A stretch of 63,947 bases of DNA, filler included, from Choristocarpus tenellus KU-1152 (taxonomy: Eukaryota; Protista; Phaeophyceae), in NCBI GenBank assembly GCA_964200185.2. It is 11 parts of 11 records of this genome, joined end to end, with 100 filler letters (N's around TTAATTAATTAA, not from the genome) between each part and the next. Parts side by side here need not be neighbours in the genome. Positions count along the whole stretch, not along the records: positions 1 to 3,674 come from CAXNAD020018584.1; positions 3,775 to 6,405 come from CAXNAD020026122.1; positions 6,506 to 9,616 come from CAXNAD020022250.1; positions 9,717 to 12,508 come from CAXNAD020024713.1; positions 12,609 to 33,867 come from CAXNAD020000354.1; 6 more parts are not named here. One strand, 5' to 3'. Position numbers and translations under genes: made by a program. Under the pieces are notes generated by a model that was not told where the DNA came from, did not search any database, and saw only the letters and a program-made list of their open reading frames with translations. Shown here piece after piece: positions 1 through 13,089 of the stretch. The stretch's first letter is position 1; each line of letters starts with the position of its first letter.

Positions 1-1540
1 AAGTGCACTTTTCCTGGTTTTGGTCCAAATGGACACTCTGGTGTAGACCCCCCCCCACCCCAGATACTTTGGGTCAGATACCAATCTTTCGGCCCATTAA
101 TAAGTCTGAGAGTGGTGTTGGACAAATTTCCAATAACTTGATGAGATCTTGAGGAATCAGCAGACTGTGATTTGTACAAGTTGTGCTCACAAGCTCAAAA
201 CATTGTGGATGGACTCAACTGAACATATATGTACCAAGGAACTACTTGTATATCTTTCACAGATAGTAGTGGTACGACAAGTATTTTGTACATGTCTTGG
301 CAGAAAAAAGTGGCACTGATACGCGATGTGTGAGGACTCAGCACTGATATACTGGTGAATGTTATCTATTGGGATGTGACACAAGAGAGATGTTATGTCA
401 CCCTTTTTGTAAGGGGGGTGATATTATTTTATAATATCATAGAACAACAAGGGAACCAGGCACTGCGTGCAGCCACAGTAGAAGCAACAGAAGCAACAGA
501 AGATTTGTACACAACTGTTGTTTGCCATAAACAACAAGAAAATTAAGTTCTGTACTCAATTTTTGTTTCCTATCTCCTATTGAATTGCAAGATAAGATTA
601 TTTATACGCAACTGTTGTTTCCTATATATACTTCGAAGTAAATCACAAGGTAAGATTTGCACACAATTGTTTCCTATTAAATCGCAGGTAAGATTCGTAC
701 ACAAAGATTGAGCTAGGGGCAGATAAATCAGGAATACGCAATTACATTCTCTCTATGGTTAGCAACATAATAATCAAATCATCCACACATGATTAAATGG
801 TGAGAGATATGTAGAAATCATGTATACATGCGACCCACCAACGTAATATGGACAAATCGGTATTTGTATACCATTCCTTAACATGGAGTTGTCAGTATAT
901 GATTTGTGGTACAACATTCTTTGGTAGAAATGATTTGTACTACATATTCGCCACTCCCTCAACTTAGCATACAAACATTTGTGCTTTTCTTGTCTTCTGA
1001 TTTGTGAAGCACAAATGAGTATAATAATGAATGGCCTCATGTGTCTCTCATACGTATTTTAAACGCTTCATTATAAGGTGTGGAAATCCCTCTCTTTTTT
1101 GTTCGGTTTGTGATGGGTTCTTTTTCTGTCTACTGGTGTCAAGCGTGTGTTTATATAACGTGCGCTCGGAGAAAGCTTACTGCTAGCGCTTCTGGAAGTA
1201 CGTACACGTATATATGATAACCCCATATCGCTTATTCTTAGTTAGTATGAAGGGTGACAACTCGTATTTTACATAATAGTGTCATATGTGCATGCTGGAT
1301 GATTTTCCCTCATTGGATGCGAAAGGTTTCACTTTTATTCCAAATTTGTGGGTAACAAACAAAAATAATTTGCTACTTTCAACATGAATCTCGACAGTTC
1401 GAACCCCTTCACGTAAATATCGTATTTTCAAACAGAGGGACGGTATGAAAATAGGAAACACTTTCCAACAGGTAGAAGGCAATGGGGGCGATATGAAGAT
1501 GGTGAAATGTATCAACAACATTGCTTTTATACTAGCAACA

Positions 1541-1807
1541 GAGTGAAAGTATCTTAGAGGGTACGAGTTTTGCCCTGTTTGTCCGTTTGGGGCTTGGCTT
1601 CTCACGAGTTTTTTTAACATTTTCCTATTCCGAAATGTTTCAGAGTAGGTAAAATGTGTACTATTTGGAGTAGGTATCATGTGTATGTCCGGAACAAGGA
1701 TATCGACACTTCCTAGCAAACACGATAGCCAAAATGGCATCAAAATCACAAAATTGGATTTTGGCCCCCAAATTGACACGGCTCTACCCTCTAAGATACT
1801 TTGACTC
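1541..1807 (+). mobile_element. MITE family A, full copy, TSD ACA
   Basis: TIRs GAGTGAAAGTATCTTAGAGGGTA / TACCCTCTAAGATACTTTGACTC, with ACA on both flanks. Confidence 0.92.
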
Positions 1808-3364
1808 ACAGTTACAGATATCTTAATCCACTCAACTTTCCCAATAATGCCTCAGGAATTCTACATTGTCCTTGTAGCCCTAAATACAAAATTCTCCACT
1901 ACATACATGAATTATACAATGCTAAAAGAACAAAAAAACATGATATGTTTCGGTGCGCAGTCCACACCGGTTCGGGTTCTCAGAACTGACAAAGTAACCG
2001 AACGTTTTCAATCATTTGTCTTTGGTATCCTGGATACTGTAGCCTTACATTCAGACCGATCAATTTAAATTTTGAAGAATCATAATTTCAACAAGCGTAG
2101 TGATGTGCATCAGTCACAGAACATACCATTTCCTGCTATAGCCACATTCCCTCTGCCTCCATGTGGCTGCCTTTCCCCACCACCACCCTTGCCTCCACCC
2201 TCTTGCTCAGCCATCCCAGGTATGGCAGAGTTATAGGCCCAGTGTTGTGCATCAGGACCCACTTCTGCTAGCCACCCCCGTGCTGGTACTGGGGAGAAAC
2301 CACTGACCGTTGATGCAACAAGGGAGGCCGCGCCTAGTGCCGGGCCCAGACTAAGGAGATTTATGTTTTTTTTACGATCTTCTGGCCTTAGGACTGAGGT
2401 GGGGGGGAGGAGAGGACAGCAATGGGTTGTCGGGATGGAATCCTTACTGTAGAGAGGTATAGATGAAGTGTAAAACTCATGCAGTATTAGAGAACAAATA
2501 ATTTTACTACTACATCAAACAACATACACTTCTTTCCACGTCTATTGCTGGTCATGCACATGATGTATGATTTTAAAAAACCTACTATTGCAAAAATACA
2601 CATTATCAAATACATATATCAACCTCTACCTAATTACAACAGAAATTTCCAATATTTGGCATACCTGAACAATTTAACGTACGCAATTTATTGCTTTTTC
2701 AGTTTCCCTCAGTTTAATCTGGTTTTACAAATTGCTAATGCATAAAAAATGGCTACAATAATCGGCAACCATGGGGTGGAAGAGGGTGTGTGTGAGTGAT
2801 CATGAGTAGTCCAAGTCCCACATAAAGGGGCTTGCCTGCGGTTGCCCTTCCTTCCTGAACAAGCTTCTTTGCGAGCTCCTCTGCCAAATGGCTCATCTCC
2901 ACAGGATTGGACGCCAATCCACACACCTTGAGATGGTTGTGGCAAGCGTAGCATTTTCATGATCAGGTAGGCTGCAGGAAACTCAATGCGTGAGACAAGG
3001 TACATGCTAATGTCTAATACTGAGTGTCCAGCGGGGAGCAAAGAGTTGAAAGGGAAGGTGGGATAGGGTAAGTGGTTGGACAAGAGAAAGATTTTTCGTC
3101 GCATAGAAATGCTCCTCCTCCAATCGGTCACTTATCAATCATGGAGGTGTTTTATGGACCTGAACTGCTATGCACATAAAATAGAGGAACATAAAATGGT
3201 CACAATATCTCCTGAGGAAATTAAGCCTGGTATACATACCAATACTAATAGAGCACCATAGGACACTTACACGGCCTCACAACCTCGGTTCTTGTTGGAA
3301 ACACAGTAACAAATCAACCCTACACAGACACGCAAAACTAATGGCAATTTCCTCCTCCTCCTCG

Positions 3365-3525
3365 TACCTCCCACAACTGTGCACCAATCTTCATCCTATC
3401 CACTGCTGTCAAAGCAGCACCCAGCACCTGTACCCCAAACCCAACGACGGGGGTCATGCAGCCAGCCACTCGTAGGAAAGCCCCTGCCTGACCTCCCGCA
3501 GTTGATACCAGGGTGTTGACCAGGT
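3365..3525 (-). CDS. Probable coding exon of unknown protein
   Basis: Open frame VNTLVSTAGGQAGAFLRVAGCMTPVVGFGVQVLGAALTAVDRMKIGAQLWE ending at a GAG|GTACG donor. Confidence 0.3.
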
Positions 3526-3674
3526 AAAGAGTAGAGGAAGGAGTCAGCAGCAATGTAGGAGACGGAAGCAAATGGAAGTGAGGGTGGGGGCATGGGAGGG
3601 GGGAAAGGGTGGGGAGGACAGGGTGGGGGGTGAGGGTATTAGACATAGGGGAAGGGATGATGAAGCATGAGCTT

Positions 3675-3774
3675 NNNNNNNNNNNNNNNNNNNNNNNNNN
3701 NNNNNNNNNNNNNNNNNNTTAATTAATTAANNNNNNNNNNNNNNNNNNNNNNNNNNNNNNNNNNNNNNNNNNNN
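3675..3774. other. Artificial contig linker (also 6406-6505, 9617-9716, 12509-12608, 33868-33967, 37215-37314, 42169-42268, 45866-45965, 53742-53841, 60422-60521)
   Basis: Identical 100-nt N-TTAATTAATTAA-N spacer with stops in all frames. Confidence 0.99.
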
Positions 3775-3832
3775 AACATTGTATTTTGACCCCCAAATGG
3801 ACGCGGCTCTACCCTCTAAGATACTTTGGCTC
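3775..3832 (+). mobile_element. MITE family A, right end at contig start
   Basis: ...GGCTCTACCCTCTAAGATACTTTGGCTC. Confidence 0.85.
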
Positions 3833-3915
3833 ATATGTAGGGCAAAACGTGTCTCTTTGCCAGGATGGAGTTGCGTGTTTGCAGCATAGGTACTTTTTAT
3901 CGAATGATTAGCGTG

Positions 3916-4173
3916 GAGTCGATGTATCATAGAGGGTAGAGCCGTGTCCGTTTAGGGGCCAAAATCGAACGTTGTGATTTGGATGTAATTTTGACTATCG
4001 TGTTTGTTAAGGAAGTATCAATACGCTTGTTCCGGACACACCTTTTCATGATGTATACATTTACGTACTCCAAAACATTTTGGAGTAGGAAGAAGTCATA
4101 AAATACCCGTGGGAAGCCAAGTCCCAAACGGACAAACAGGGCAAAACTCATACCCTCTAAGATATTTTCACTC
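3916..4173 (-). mobile_element. MITE family A, inverted full copy, diverged
   Basis: Aligns end to end with the reverse complement of 1541-1807; TSD not intact. Confidence 0.85.
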
Positions 4174-4399
4174 TGTGTTAGGATCATGGGCATTGGTTTC
4201 AGAGCTTACATTGCTGGCAATTGGGGGGGGGAGGGGAGTTAGGGTGGGATAGAGGCTTTCAATGGTTCACTATCGATAGGGTATGGTGTGCATGGTGCTC
4301 TGACAAGAGAAATAAGGGATCACACGGTTGTAAATCGCCACAAATGCGTATGGTACTTCGACCTCCATTCATTCTTGGGGCTGGTCGAATGAAACATGC

Positions 4400-5215
4400 A
4401 GGCGGGGTAAGCGACGGTGGCACCGCTGTTGACAGCTGGTTTGAGCGAAAGTATCTTATAGGGTACGAGTTCTGCCCTGTTTGTCAAATTTGGGGCTTGG
4501 CTTCCCTCGGGGTTCTTACGACATTTTCCTACTCCAAAATATTTCGGAGTAGGTAAAATGTATACGTTATTAAAAGGTGTGTCCGGAACAAGGATATTGA
4601 CACTTCTTAACAAATACGATGGCCAAAATTACATCGAAATCACAAAATTGGACTTTAGCCCCCAAATGGATGCAGCTCTACCCTCTAAGATACTTTGGCT
4701 CTTTATGAACTGTTTCCAGAAAAAAATAGAGAGCATTGTGTTAGTAATGGTTGTGTGACCACTACATACGGCTGGTTTGTAAATAGTTCCACCACTGATA
4801 AAATATAGGGTTGCGTAGCAACATTGGTGGGACCACTATAGACTGCTGATTTGTACATGGTCTCAATGGTAAGAAATACCGAGCATTGAGAAGTAAAGTT
4901 GGTGTGACCACTATTAACACCTGGTGTGTACAAGAATCTCAATGGTAAGAAATACTGGGCATTGAATGGCAACGTTGGTGGGGACACTATTGTCAGCTGG
5001 TGTGTACACGGTCTCAATGGTAATAAATAATGGGCATTGAGTGACAACGTCGGTGGGGACACTATTGTCAGCTGGTGTGTAAATAAATACTGGGCATTGA
5101 GTGGTAACGTTGGTGGGGACACTATTGACAGCTGGTGTGAACACAGTCTCAATGGTAATAAATCGTGGGCATAGAGTAGCAACGTCAGTGGGACCACTGT
5201 TGACAGCTGCTTTGT
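4400..5215 (-). repeat. Degenerate 75-bp (25-aa) tandem repeat, probably a decayed coding repeat
   Basis: TCTCAATGGTAA recurs at 4861, 4937, 5012 and 5147. The minus strand reads IETVYTPADNSVPTNVxxQCPxFxT repeats. Confidence 0.8.
4443..4701 (+). mobile_element. MITE family A, full copy, TSD TTT
   Basis: Both TIRs present with TTT on both flanks; it interrupts a repeat unit. Confidence 0.92.
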
Positions 5216-7716
5216 TCAAAGTTCAAATGCAAATGAACTCAGATTATTGCGTAGGGGTTAGTACTTACATTCACGATCGTCGTGTGTGCATTGAGGGGTG
5301 GGTACGCGACCAAACTGTTCAACACCACACACATTGATAATCTTGGCCTAACGTGCACATTTGCCCTCTGGATTTCAAACTGCCATGATATTGAGGCCTC
5401 TTCATGTACATGAAAAAAATCGTTGCCAGTGGCGACAGGCCCGTGCTATATACGCCCAGATAGACATTCCCACGTTCATAGAGTGGCTATGCCGTTTTTG
5501 ACACAACAGTACTTGCACTCACAATTCGGGTTTATGTGGAGGTTCCGAGAGATATTTTACATAGTATAAATTGCTATTACTTTGCACAATATGGTGCGGT
5601 CGGGAATGTAGCTGAGAGTGGTCGGCATTGTATGTGTTTATACCGGTGATCTCGTGTGGATAGATGTAGTGTGGGGGGGACAGTAACGCTATCTACACCT
5701 AAAACCCGAATTAAGTTTTACATTAATGAAGCAATAGCGAGAAAATCCCAAACGTGAGGGGCATGTTCGTTCTTTCGCCAAAGCTGATACAAGGGATCTT
5801 CGAACTGTTTGTAGAGAGGAACGTGTAGAAACAAATTAGCCGAACACGCTCCATACCGTGAACGGCCGGTTGTCAAGGAAGGGTTGACCCAGAATGTGCG
5901 CCAGAGCTACAGCAAGTTATGCGACAATGGTTGGGTGGAGGGCCGTAACTACAGTGTTGTACAACCGATTGGGTACACGATGGCACCCACATACTATTAC
6001 AGGCTATGCGAACAGATTAATGTTGCAACATTCATCATGGGTGCTATATTATGATAGTGTTTGCGAGATCGGTCTTTCAGGAACACTCCTGAGTGAGATG
6101 CACAGAGGGTGTACTTTTCTGGTAGGGTACTCACCTCTTGCTTCCCTTTGGAAGCATGGCGGCGTTCGGTGGTTGGACTAAGTCTCTTCTTCTATTGAGC
6201 GATGTCTGCATGGGGTGGGCACGTTGTAAATGGGACAGGGAAAACCGACAAAAGGAGAGAGAAAATGTTTTGTGCATCGAGTTAGGCCTGGAGAGCATGG
6301 CAGGTCGCGGTCGGGTTACATCCTCCTCGAAGGGTACGCACCTGATGACCTTTCACAAAAAGGAAGTCCTGTAGTGTTTTTCCTTCTGGGTCAAAGTATC
6401 TGGGGNNNNNNNNNNNNNNNNNNNNNNNNNNNNNNNNNNNNNNNNNNNNTTAATTAATTAANNNNNNNNNNNNNNNNNNNNNNNNNNNNNNNNNNNNNNN
6501 NNNNNCCCCCTCCCAGATACTTTGGGTCAATCATGTCATCGACGCTTGCAAAGGCACACCTAATGCAAGAGCATCCACCAGCGTGGAGAGGTGGGTTTGA
6601 AGTATGTACACAGTGTCACTTGTACCCGGTATATTTTCCCCCCTGCTTGAACATACAATAGTAGTCCTATCTGAGAACAATGTGATCCGACCGTACTCAC
6701 CCAGTTCACTTTGCAGTTACCATGCCTATATGTCTGATATACAAAGCTAGAGATCCCTCCAGTATGGAGTAATGACTTACCTATGTATGTATATGCACGT
6801 GCGATATGTTTTTCATGCTTCAACGATATCATCTCATCCAACCGTCCCTGCGCTGCTGCATCATGTACCACGTGTAAATATCTACAGAATATGCGATCTG
6901 CTGCTGGCATATGATACCTCTAGGATTCCATCCACCATCCCTCGTATCCACCTCCAACACATATCCCATCCATTCATATACATACGTGCGCTACTAAAAG
7001 AGGAACGGCACGAACAAAGATAAGGACATGGGTCTGAAGCGAGACCTGGTGATGTCCTAGATAGACTACTGGGCTGATACATACGGGCAGTTCATGCCTC
7101 ACAAGTCCACAATTGTGATCTACGCCGCGAACAAACAGGTCGGTTTTGCCCTTGATTGTGGAGAGGTTGGCTGCACCCTGTGTTGGAGTTAGATGCAAAC
7201 CGTGTGACCCGGCAGTATGTAGAAAAGGTGGATCTAAGTAGTATTTCGAGTGGTGGATGTTCATTACTTTGACCGGTCTAATATTATGGTTAAAAGAACA
7301 TGTCAAGATTCATACACAGTGTTATCTTTTTCGTTTGCTATGTCGATATTTCAATATTCATGATGATACTCTTTGTCGATTTTACGAAGGAAGACACAAT
7401 AACTGTTATTTCAACGCCGCACACACCTACTCTGCGGCCCCGGGCCCGGTCTGACATTGGTAGGAAAAGTGTGTACTTCGTAGGTCTAAAGCGCTTCGCG
7501 ATGATGATGATGATGGTAGATTCGCCTCCTTTGCCGCCTCTGCAAACGGCAGCGAGGCCCGAACCGAATGACGCTCATGGTAGATTTAATCAGATCATTG
7601 TATTTGCTCTTTCGTAACACATGATGTAAGCTTGCTTGATCCTGTTTTCCGCGTTCTCAGTCAAGTTATTGGTCAGCCCGCCTTCGAGAGATGTTGCAGG
7701 GTGTTCTTCAAGTGTT

Positions 7717-7948
7717 CGCATCCATTAGGGGGTCAAAATATAATGTTGCGATGTTGATGTAATTTTGGCTATTGTGTTTGCTAGGAAGTGTCAATATCAA
7801 TGTTTCGGACATACCTTTTCATAACATATACATTTTACCTACTCCTAAACATTTTGGAGTAGGAAAATGTCGTGAAATAACCTATGGGAAGCAAATCCTC
7901 AAATGGACAGACAGGGCAAAATTCGTACCCTCTAAGATAGTTTCACTC
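7717..7948 (-). mobile_element. MITE family A, inverted, one end truncated
   Basis: Same internal sequence; ends TACCCTCTAAGATAGTTTCACTC. Confidence 0.85.
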
Positions 7949-8583
7949 ATGATAGCATGCTACCAATAGTAGCAAAACTGTCAGCTCGACAAAGAACAAC
8001 ATACAATATCCAACTCAAATGTCAATCTTGTACTGCCGCCAAATCGTATTGCGCACTTGAGCATGCAACTCCAGTTTCTTCAACAGTTTACACAGAAAGA
8101 CAAGGGCATCCTCAAAAATGGAAGAGGGTGGCTCCTATGTCCTCTCGTCCCCACATAACCCCAACCAATCCACCAAGACCTGGTATTCATATCCTTCTAC
8201 CCTCCGCACTGCCAGAATACCAGACATGTCAGATTCTCCCTGGTTCTGCATCTACTGGATGGAATGTTGACTTTATCTCTGTGTTCTCTCGTTCAGCTCG
8301 TTGTCTGCGTAGAACCACAACCTCTTTATCCGCTTCACCAGTCCATTTGGGGCTTGGCTCCCCATGTCTTCTGGCCCGGTACGTACATACTTTCTACCAT
8401 CCCTATAACCCTGTGTTTGTCTTGAACGCAGCAATAAAAACATATCCCAACACAAACATCTATTGTTACCCACACTACATTTTTATTACTAACCTGATAC
8501 GTTTTAACAAGTGGCATTTTTTAAAAACTGTGAGCAGATTTATTTCATTAACTCACGTGATGTTGCTGTCCCCCATTCGCCAG

Positions 8584-9569
8584 ATTATCCAAGCGGATCG
8601 GCTGATCATCGCCAACAGCACCAGCAGTGCCGTGCGGGCCAAAGCCAACGGCAAACCTCTCGGCTTCGTGTTCATGTCCGTAGACGCCGCGAACCAGACA
8701 GCACACGCCCTCCCCGCACTTTACTCACCTACCCACAGCGGTGACAGGTAACCACACGCATGCATAGTCCATCCGACAACAAATTTGCAGCCGCACGTGA
8801 AACAGAATAGACGACCATGTTTTATTCTACGAATGAGTGCAAAGTCCCAAGAAATAATCGCCAAAACAAACGTACATAATTCCACTACCTATTCCGTTCA
8901 TCATGATGACCTTTCTTTACAACTTCCTTTCCTTCATGTCCCCCTTATCAGGGGCTACTCCGAGCGCCAGAAGATCATGGCCGCACACGTCGAAGGCCAG
9001 TTTGCGGAGGTGTTCTTCACTCCTATCAATCTTGGAGGAGGTACGTATTGTGGGTCGTGGCGAACGATCACATGACCGAATAGATACTGGTTGCACACGC
9101 ACCACTTGATTTACCGTCGCGGTGAGTGGACCTGCCGTAGGGTAAATCTGTAAGGACGAGTACATCCTTACACGATGTGCCTACAGATACCGCAGACCTA
9201 GTGAACAGTCGATTAACTGATGATGCGCTGTGCTTCCCTGCCCTCCTACGCCTCACCTTAGGGTTAGGGCGAGAGGAGCGTAAGAGGTAATCAACGGGTG
9301 GTGGAGATCACAGATATGTACATCAGCCGTATGGGTGTATGTGCTCTACATTGCATAAGCAAATTAAATTACCCCTCTTTTTAGCTCCAAATAAACAATT
9401 CGTAAGTAAGTAGAGTACTTTTTGCCAACAGTTATTGGACATCATTGTTCGCGCAGGTTGTAACCTTGTCTGCACAGCCACCAACCTTGCCCTCACAAGG
9501 CTTATCGACAAGTACCACAACAGCCTCGATCACGCGGGGAATTGCATCATCCAGCACGCGCATTGGCAG
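8584..9569 (+). CDS. Multi-exon fragment, possibly Ulp1/C48 peptidase-like
   Basis: GC-rich AG/GT-bounded exons 8584-8747, ~8952-9040 and ~9432-9569. EVFFTPINLGG ... LLDII ... YHNSL resembles the Ulp1 core, but no catalytic HW was found. Confidence 0.3.
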
Positions 9570-9716
9570 GTAAGAAGGTTTCATCTTGACACGACCTACT
9601 CAACACATACTCGCTGNNNNNNNNNNNNNNNNNNNNNNNNNNNNNNNNNNNNNNNNNNNNTTAATTAATTAANNNNNNNNNNNNNNNNNNNNNNNNNNNN
9701 NNNNNNNNNNNNNNNN

Positions 9717-9791
9717 AAAACCCCATGGGAAGCCAAGCCCCACAAATGGACAAACAGGAAAAAATTCATACCCTCTAAGATAGTTTCACTC
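9717..9791 (-). mobile_element. MITE family A end at contig start
   Basis: GGGAAGCCAAGCCCC..AAATGGACAAACAGG..TACCCTCTAAGATAGTTTCACTC. Confidence 0.85.
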
Positions 9792-10742
9792 GTACCGCCC
9801 TTGCACAGCAACAAGGCAACAACATACTGTGCCTATCGTGCCACAACACCCAGCAACACGCACGAAAATGTTCATCTACAGACCACAGCACAGTGGGGTG
9901 GGAGAGGATACAAATATTCCAACTCAGGAGTCATTATCTCTGCGAGATGGAACATATCATCGACAAGAGGTGCTTTTCCTTTAGCGCTGGATGCAGACAA
10001 ACTCATCTGCGAAAGATGATTGATCTTGTGAAACTTTTTCGATTGGTGTACTACTTCCTTTCTCCCCATGAACACACACAGATCATTCATTCGTAGGTAT
10101 GAGCGATTGGCACAACATTCCCCCCTCCAGTAGTACTCAGTATGCCATAGTACAATCCCCACTGGGCTGTTCTTTTTAAGTTTCAGAAGGCCCCCATGTC
10201 TTTCCTATGGAATAGTGATCGTGAAAACTTACTTTTCACCTCTTATGTTGGGGTGTATTAATAATTTTGTTTGCCCTAACCAACCCCTGTTTACCTCGCA
10301 CCATTCTGAACAAAGACACATCCAGCATCATGCCTCGCACAGTCCTGGACATAGTGGTGTAGGGCACTCAAAGTCTGTATCCTATTCACGTTGGTATGAT
10401 AATTGATACACAATTTGTTCAGATTTGAGCGTTCCGGTTTATGGGTTCAATTTACAAAAACAGGACAGTACCCCAAGATACACACACTACGATTGCACAC
10501 TGAATACATTGTTGTCGGAAAAATAAAGGTCATGAGGAAAGCCTCTAGGCATGCAAAACTCAGTTGCTTCTGAGCCATGCTAACTGAGAGCTATATACAT
10601 CTTGACTGTGTTTCGCTAGATGCCTTTTTTCATCCACCGTGCAAGGCATCTCTTTTACATGTTTCTTGTACACAATTGAAGCCCCTGGAAATGAAGGGAT
10701 CACCGCAGAAGCGAGACGGACAAAAATATTAACTGCATTTGA

Positions 10743-11018
10743 GAGTGAAAGTATCTTAGAGTGTACGAGTTTTGCCCTGTTTGTCCATTTGGGGCTTGGC
10801 TTCCCTCGGGATTTTTACGACATTTTCCTACTCCAAAATGTTTCCTACTCCAAAACATTTTGGAGTAGGTAAAATGTATACATTACGAAAATGTGTGTCC
10901 GGAACAAAGGATATTGACACTTCCTAATAAACACGATAGCCCAAAATTACATCTGAATCGCAACATTGGATTTTGGTCGCCAATGGATGCGGCTCTATCC
11001 TCTAAGATACTTTAACTC
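10743..11018 (+). mobile_element. MITE family A, full copy, TSD TGA
   Basis: Both TIRs with TGA on both flanks; short internal duplication of TTTCCTACTCCAAAA. Confidence 0.92.
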
Positions 11019-11509
11019 TGAGCAAAGGCACTTTTCTAAATTGTAACAAAGAATTGCTTTTTGACATTTTATAGGGATTGATGTAATACAACCGTGTATG
11101 CAACCGTGTATGCACCTCTTTGTTAGCAGGGACTCATTGCTTACAAACAGTCAATATACAGGAAGTGATTCCTTGTAAAACTCTGTTGGGTCCTTTTTAC
11201 TAGTGATATCATCAAAGTATTGCAAGTAGACAGAAAGATCCGATGCAGCAACAGACATAACAAGTATAAGTATATATATATACCAAGCATAAGAGTGAAG
11301 AATGTAGGAACCAGCAAGGAGAGCACTATCGAAAAATAAGTTCATTGCTTCGTCTGGTGCATACAAAACCGACATTGTCATCCTTACATCCCTCCCTGTT
11401 CCTCATACACAACACTGTCAAAAGAAGCAAGCCCACATAGGGTCATTTTGCAAGAGGAGAGTGACTGTCAGTGGACAGTACGGGACGGCATGGGACGACT
11501 TGCGCTCAC

Positions 11510-11673
11510 CGGCACGTGGCAATGGTCTCATCCAGGCTTCCAAGTTGAGGGCTGATCGTGATCAGAAACACTGTCCTACAGCTTCCATCTCCAAGGGAGC
11601 CACGGAGGATAGAAGTTAGTGTGCTCTCACGGTAGGGAACATGGCTACAATGCTGCTTCAGAGCATTGATCAC
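11510..11673 (-). CDS. Kinesin motor-domain internal exon (kinesin-9-like)
   Basis: AG/GT-bounded exon VINALKQHCSHVPYRESTLTSILRGSLGDGSCRTVFLITISPQLGSLDETIATCR; not in the ORF track. Confidence 0.9.
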
Positions 11674-12608
11674 CTGTAGGACATGGGAAAACAGGCCTCA
11701 GGGCTTCGCCTTTTGAAGCTCCTATGAACAGGAGCAAGGTGGTGGGCTTGAATTGGAGCACCATGTGATGGGGCTTTGAAAGAAAGATGAGATAGCTGGG
11801 ATGTGTCAAGGTACTCTTCGGAAAGTGTGACAACCAGATGGGACTAGGAGTCGATTTGGTGGGAAATAGGTCAGGCGTGGACAGGTTTTGGAAAGGGGGT
11901 AACAAGCGCAGGGTTGGGGATAAAGTTACAGGCTCGCACTTGTGGTTGATTTAGTAAAAAATATTTAGAGAGAGAGGGTCAGGCAAGATCTTGAGGCTAT
12001 GGTAAGAGGTATCAGAGGGGAAAGTATTTTTGTAAACCTGGAGAGGGAGAAAAATCAAGAGTCCCTGGCTCATTTTTGGGAATGGTATGCCGTCCATGGT
12101 GTGCTTAATCTCAGGGCATCTTAGAGAGTTGTGTCTTACTACAGCAAGTCTAGTGTTGAGGTTTGGTATGTCTGGTATTCTATATTACATTGATATCGGC
12201 TCATGCTCTCACACGCACAGTATATGTGTATGTACGATTTGGACTCAGGGATAGAAGTATAGGGTAATGTCCAGGCACCAAAGAAGAACAACAGCAACAA
12301 CAACATTTGCGGTGTAGGGGATGCTGCAGTGAAGATGAGTCATTGGATCAATGTGGCATATCGGCTAACTCATAGGTGGATATGTTACTGTTCGACAGTA
12401 CTCGCTTAAGGCACACAGTGTCATAGAAGGGGGGGGGGGGGGGCTTAGCCCTGATTGTCCATTCGGGGCTTGACGGGGTATCGTACGATACCCCAGTTTG
12501 ATGCCCGTNNNNNNNNNNNNNNNNNNNNNNNNNNNNNNNNNNNNNNNNNNNNTTAATTAATTAANNNNNNNNNNNNNNNNNNNNNNNNNNNNNNNNNNNN
12601 NNNNNNNN

Positions 12609-13089
12609 CCCCCCGTCCACTGCGCCCACCCCTGCCTCCACGCCCGCCATCACGCCCACCTCCCCGGCCACCTCCACGCCCAAACCCTAGATCGGAAGTG
12701 TGGATAAATATCCAAGAGTTAAGGGTAGACGATGCACATTACATAGTAAGGTCAAGATCGCGTTGTTGACCTTGGATTGTCGTGAGTTGGCAAGACGCAA
12801 CCCACTAAAATGCAGCAAAAAGGAACGTGAAGAAAGACTCAACGCAACAAGGAATTTCAAATTCTATACCCCTAGGAGATTAGCCAGATACGAAGATCAT
12901 CCAACACCCTCCTTTGCATAAAGAGCATCTTACGAAGATGCCACTTGGATGCAGTATCTCGATGTTGAGGAAAACCTCAATAAGATTCCTGAACCCGTTG
13001 GATAGCTCACCTCCACCTCCTCTTCCACCACCACGGCCACCACCTCGGGGTGTTCCACGCCCCCCACCCCTTCCTCCTCCACGGAACAT
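12609..13089 (-). CDS. N-terminus of an RGG/GAR-domain nucleolar protein (GAR1 or fibrillarin), truncated
   Basis: Exon 13011-13089 MFRGGGRGGGRGTPRGGGRGG.. splices in phase to 12609-12686 GFGRGGGRGGGRDGGRGG. Confidence 0.8.

Noticed and set aside
1282-1809. Similar short ORFs (also 3927-4193, 4320-4613, 7772-7969, 20822-21028, 60470-60769) as a small protein family
   Set aside because: They are translations of the non-coding MITE in inconsistent frames.
4750-5215. CRISPR-like array
   Set aside because: Degenerate tandem repeat without a repeat/spacer structure.
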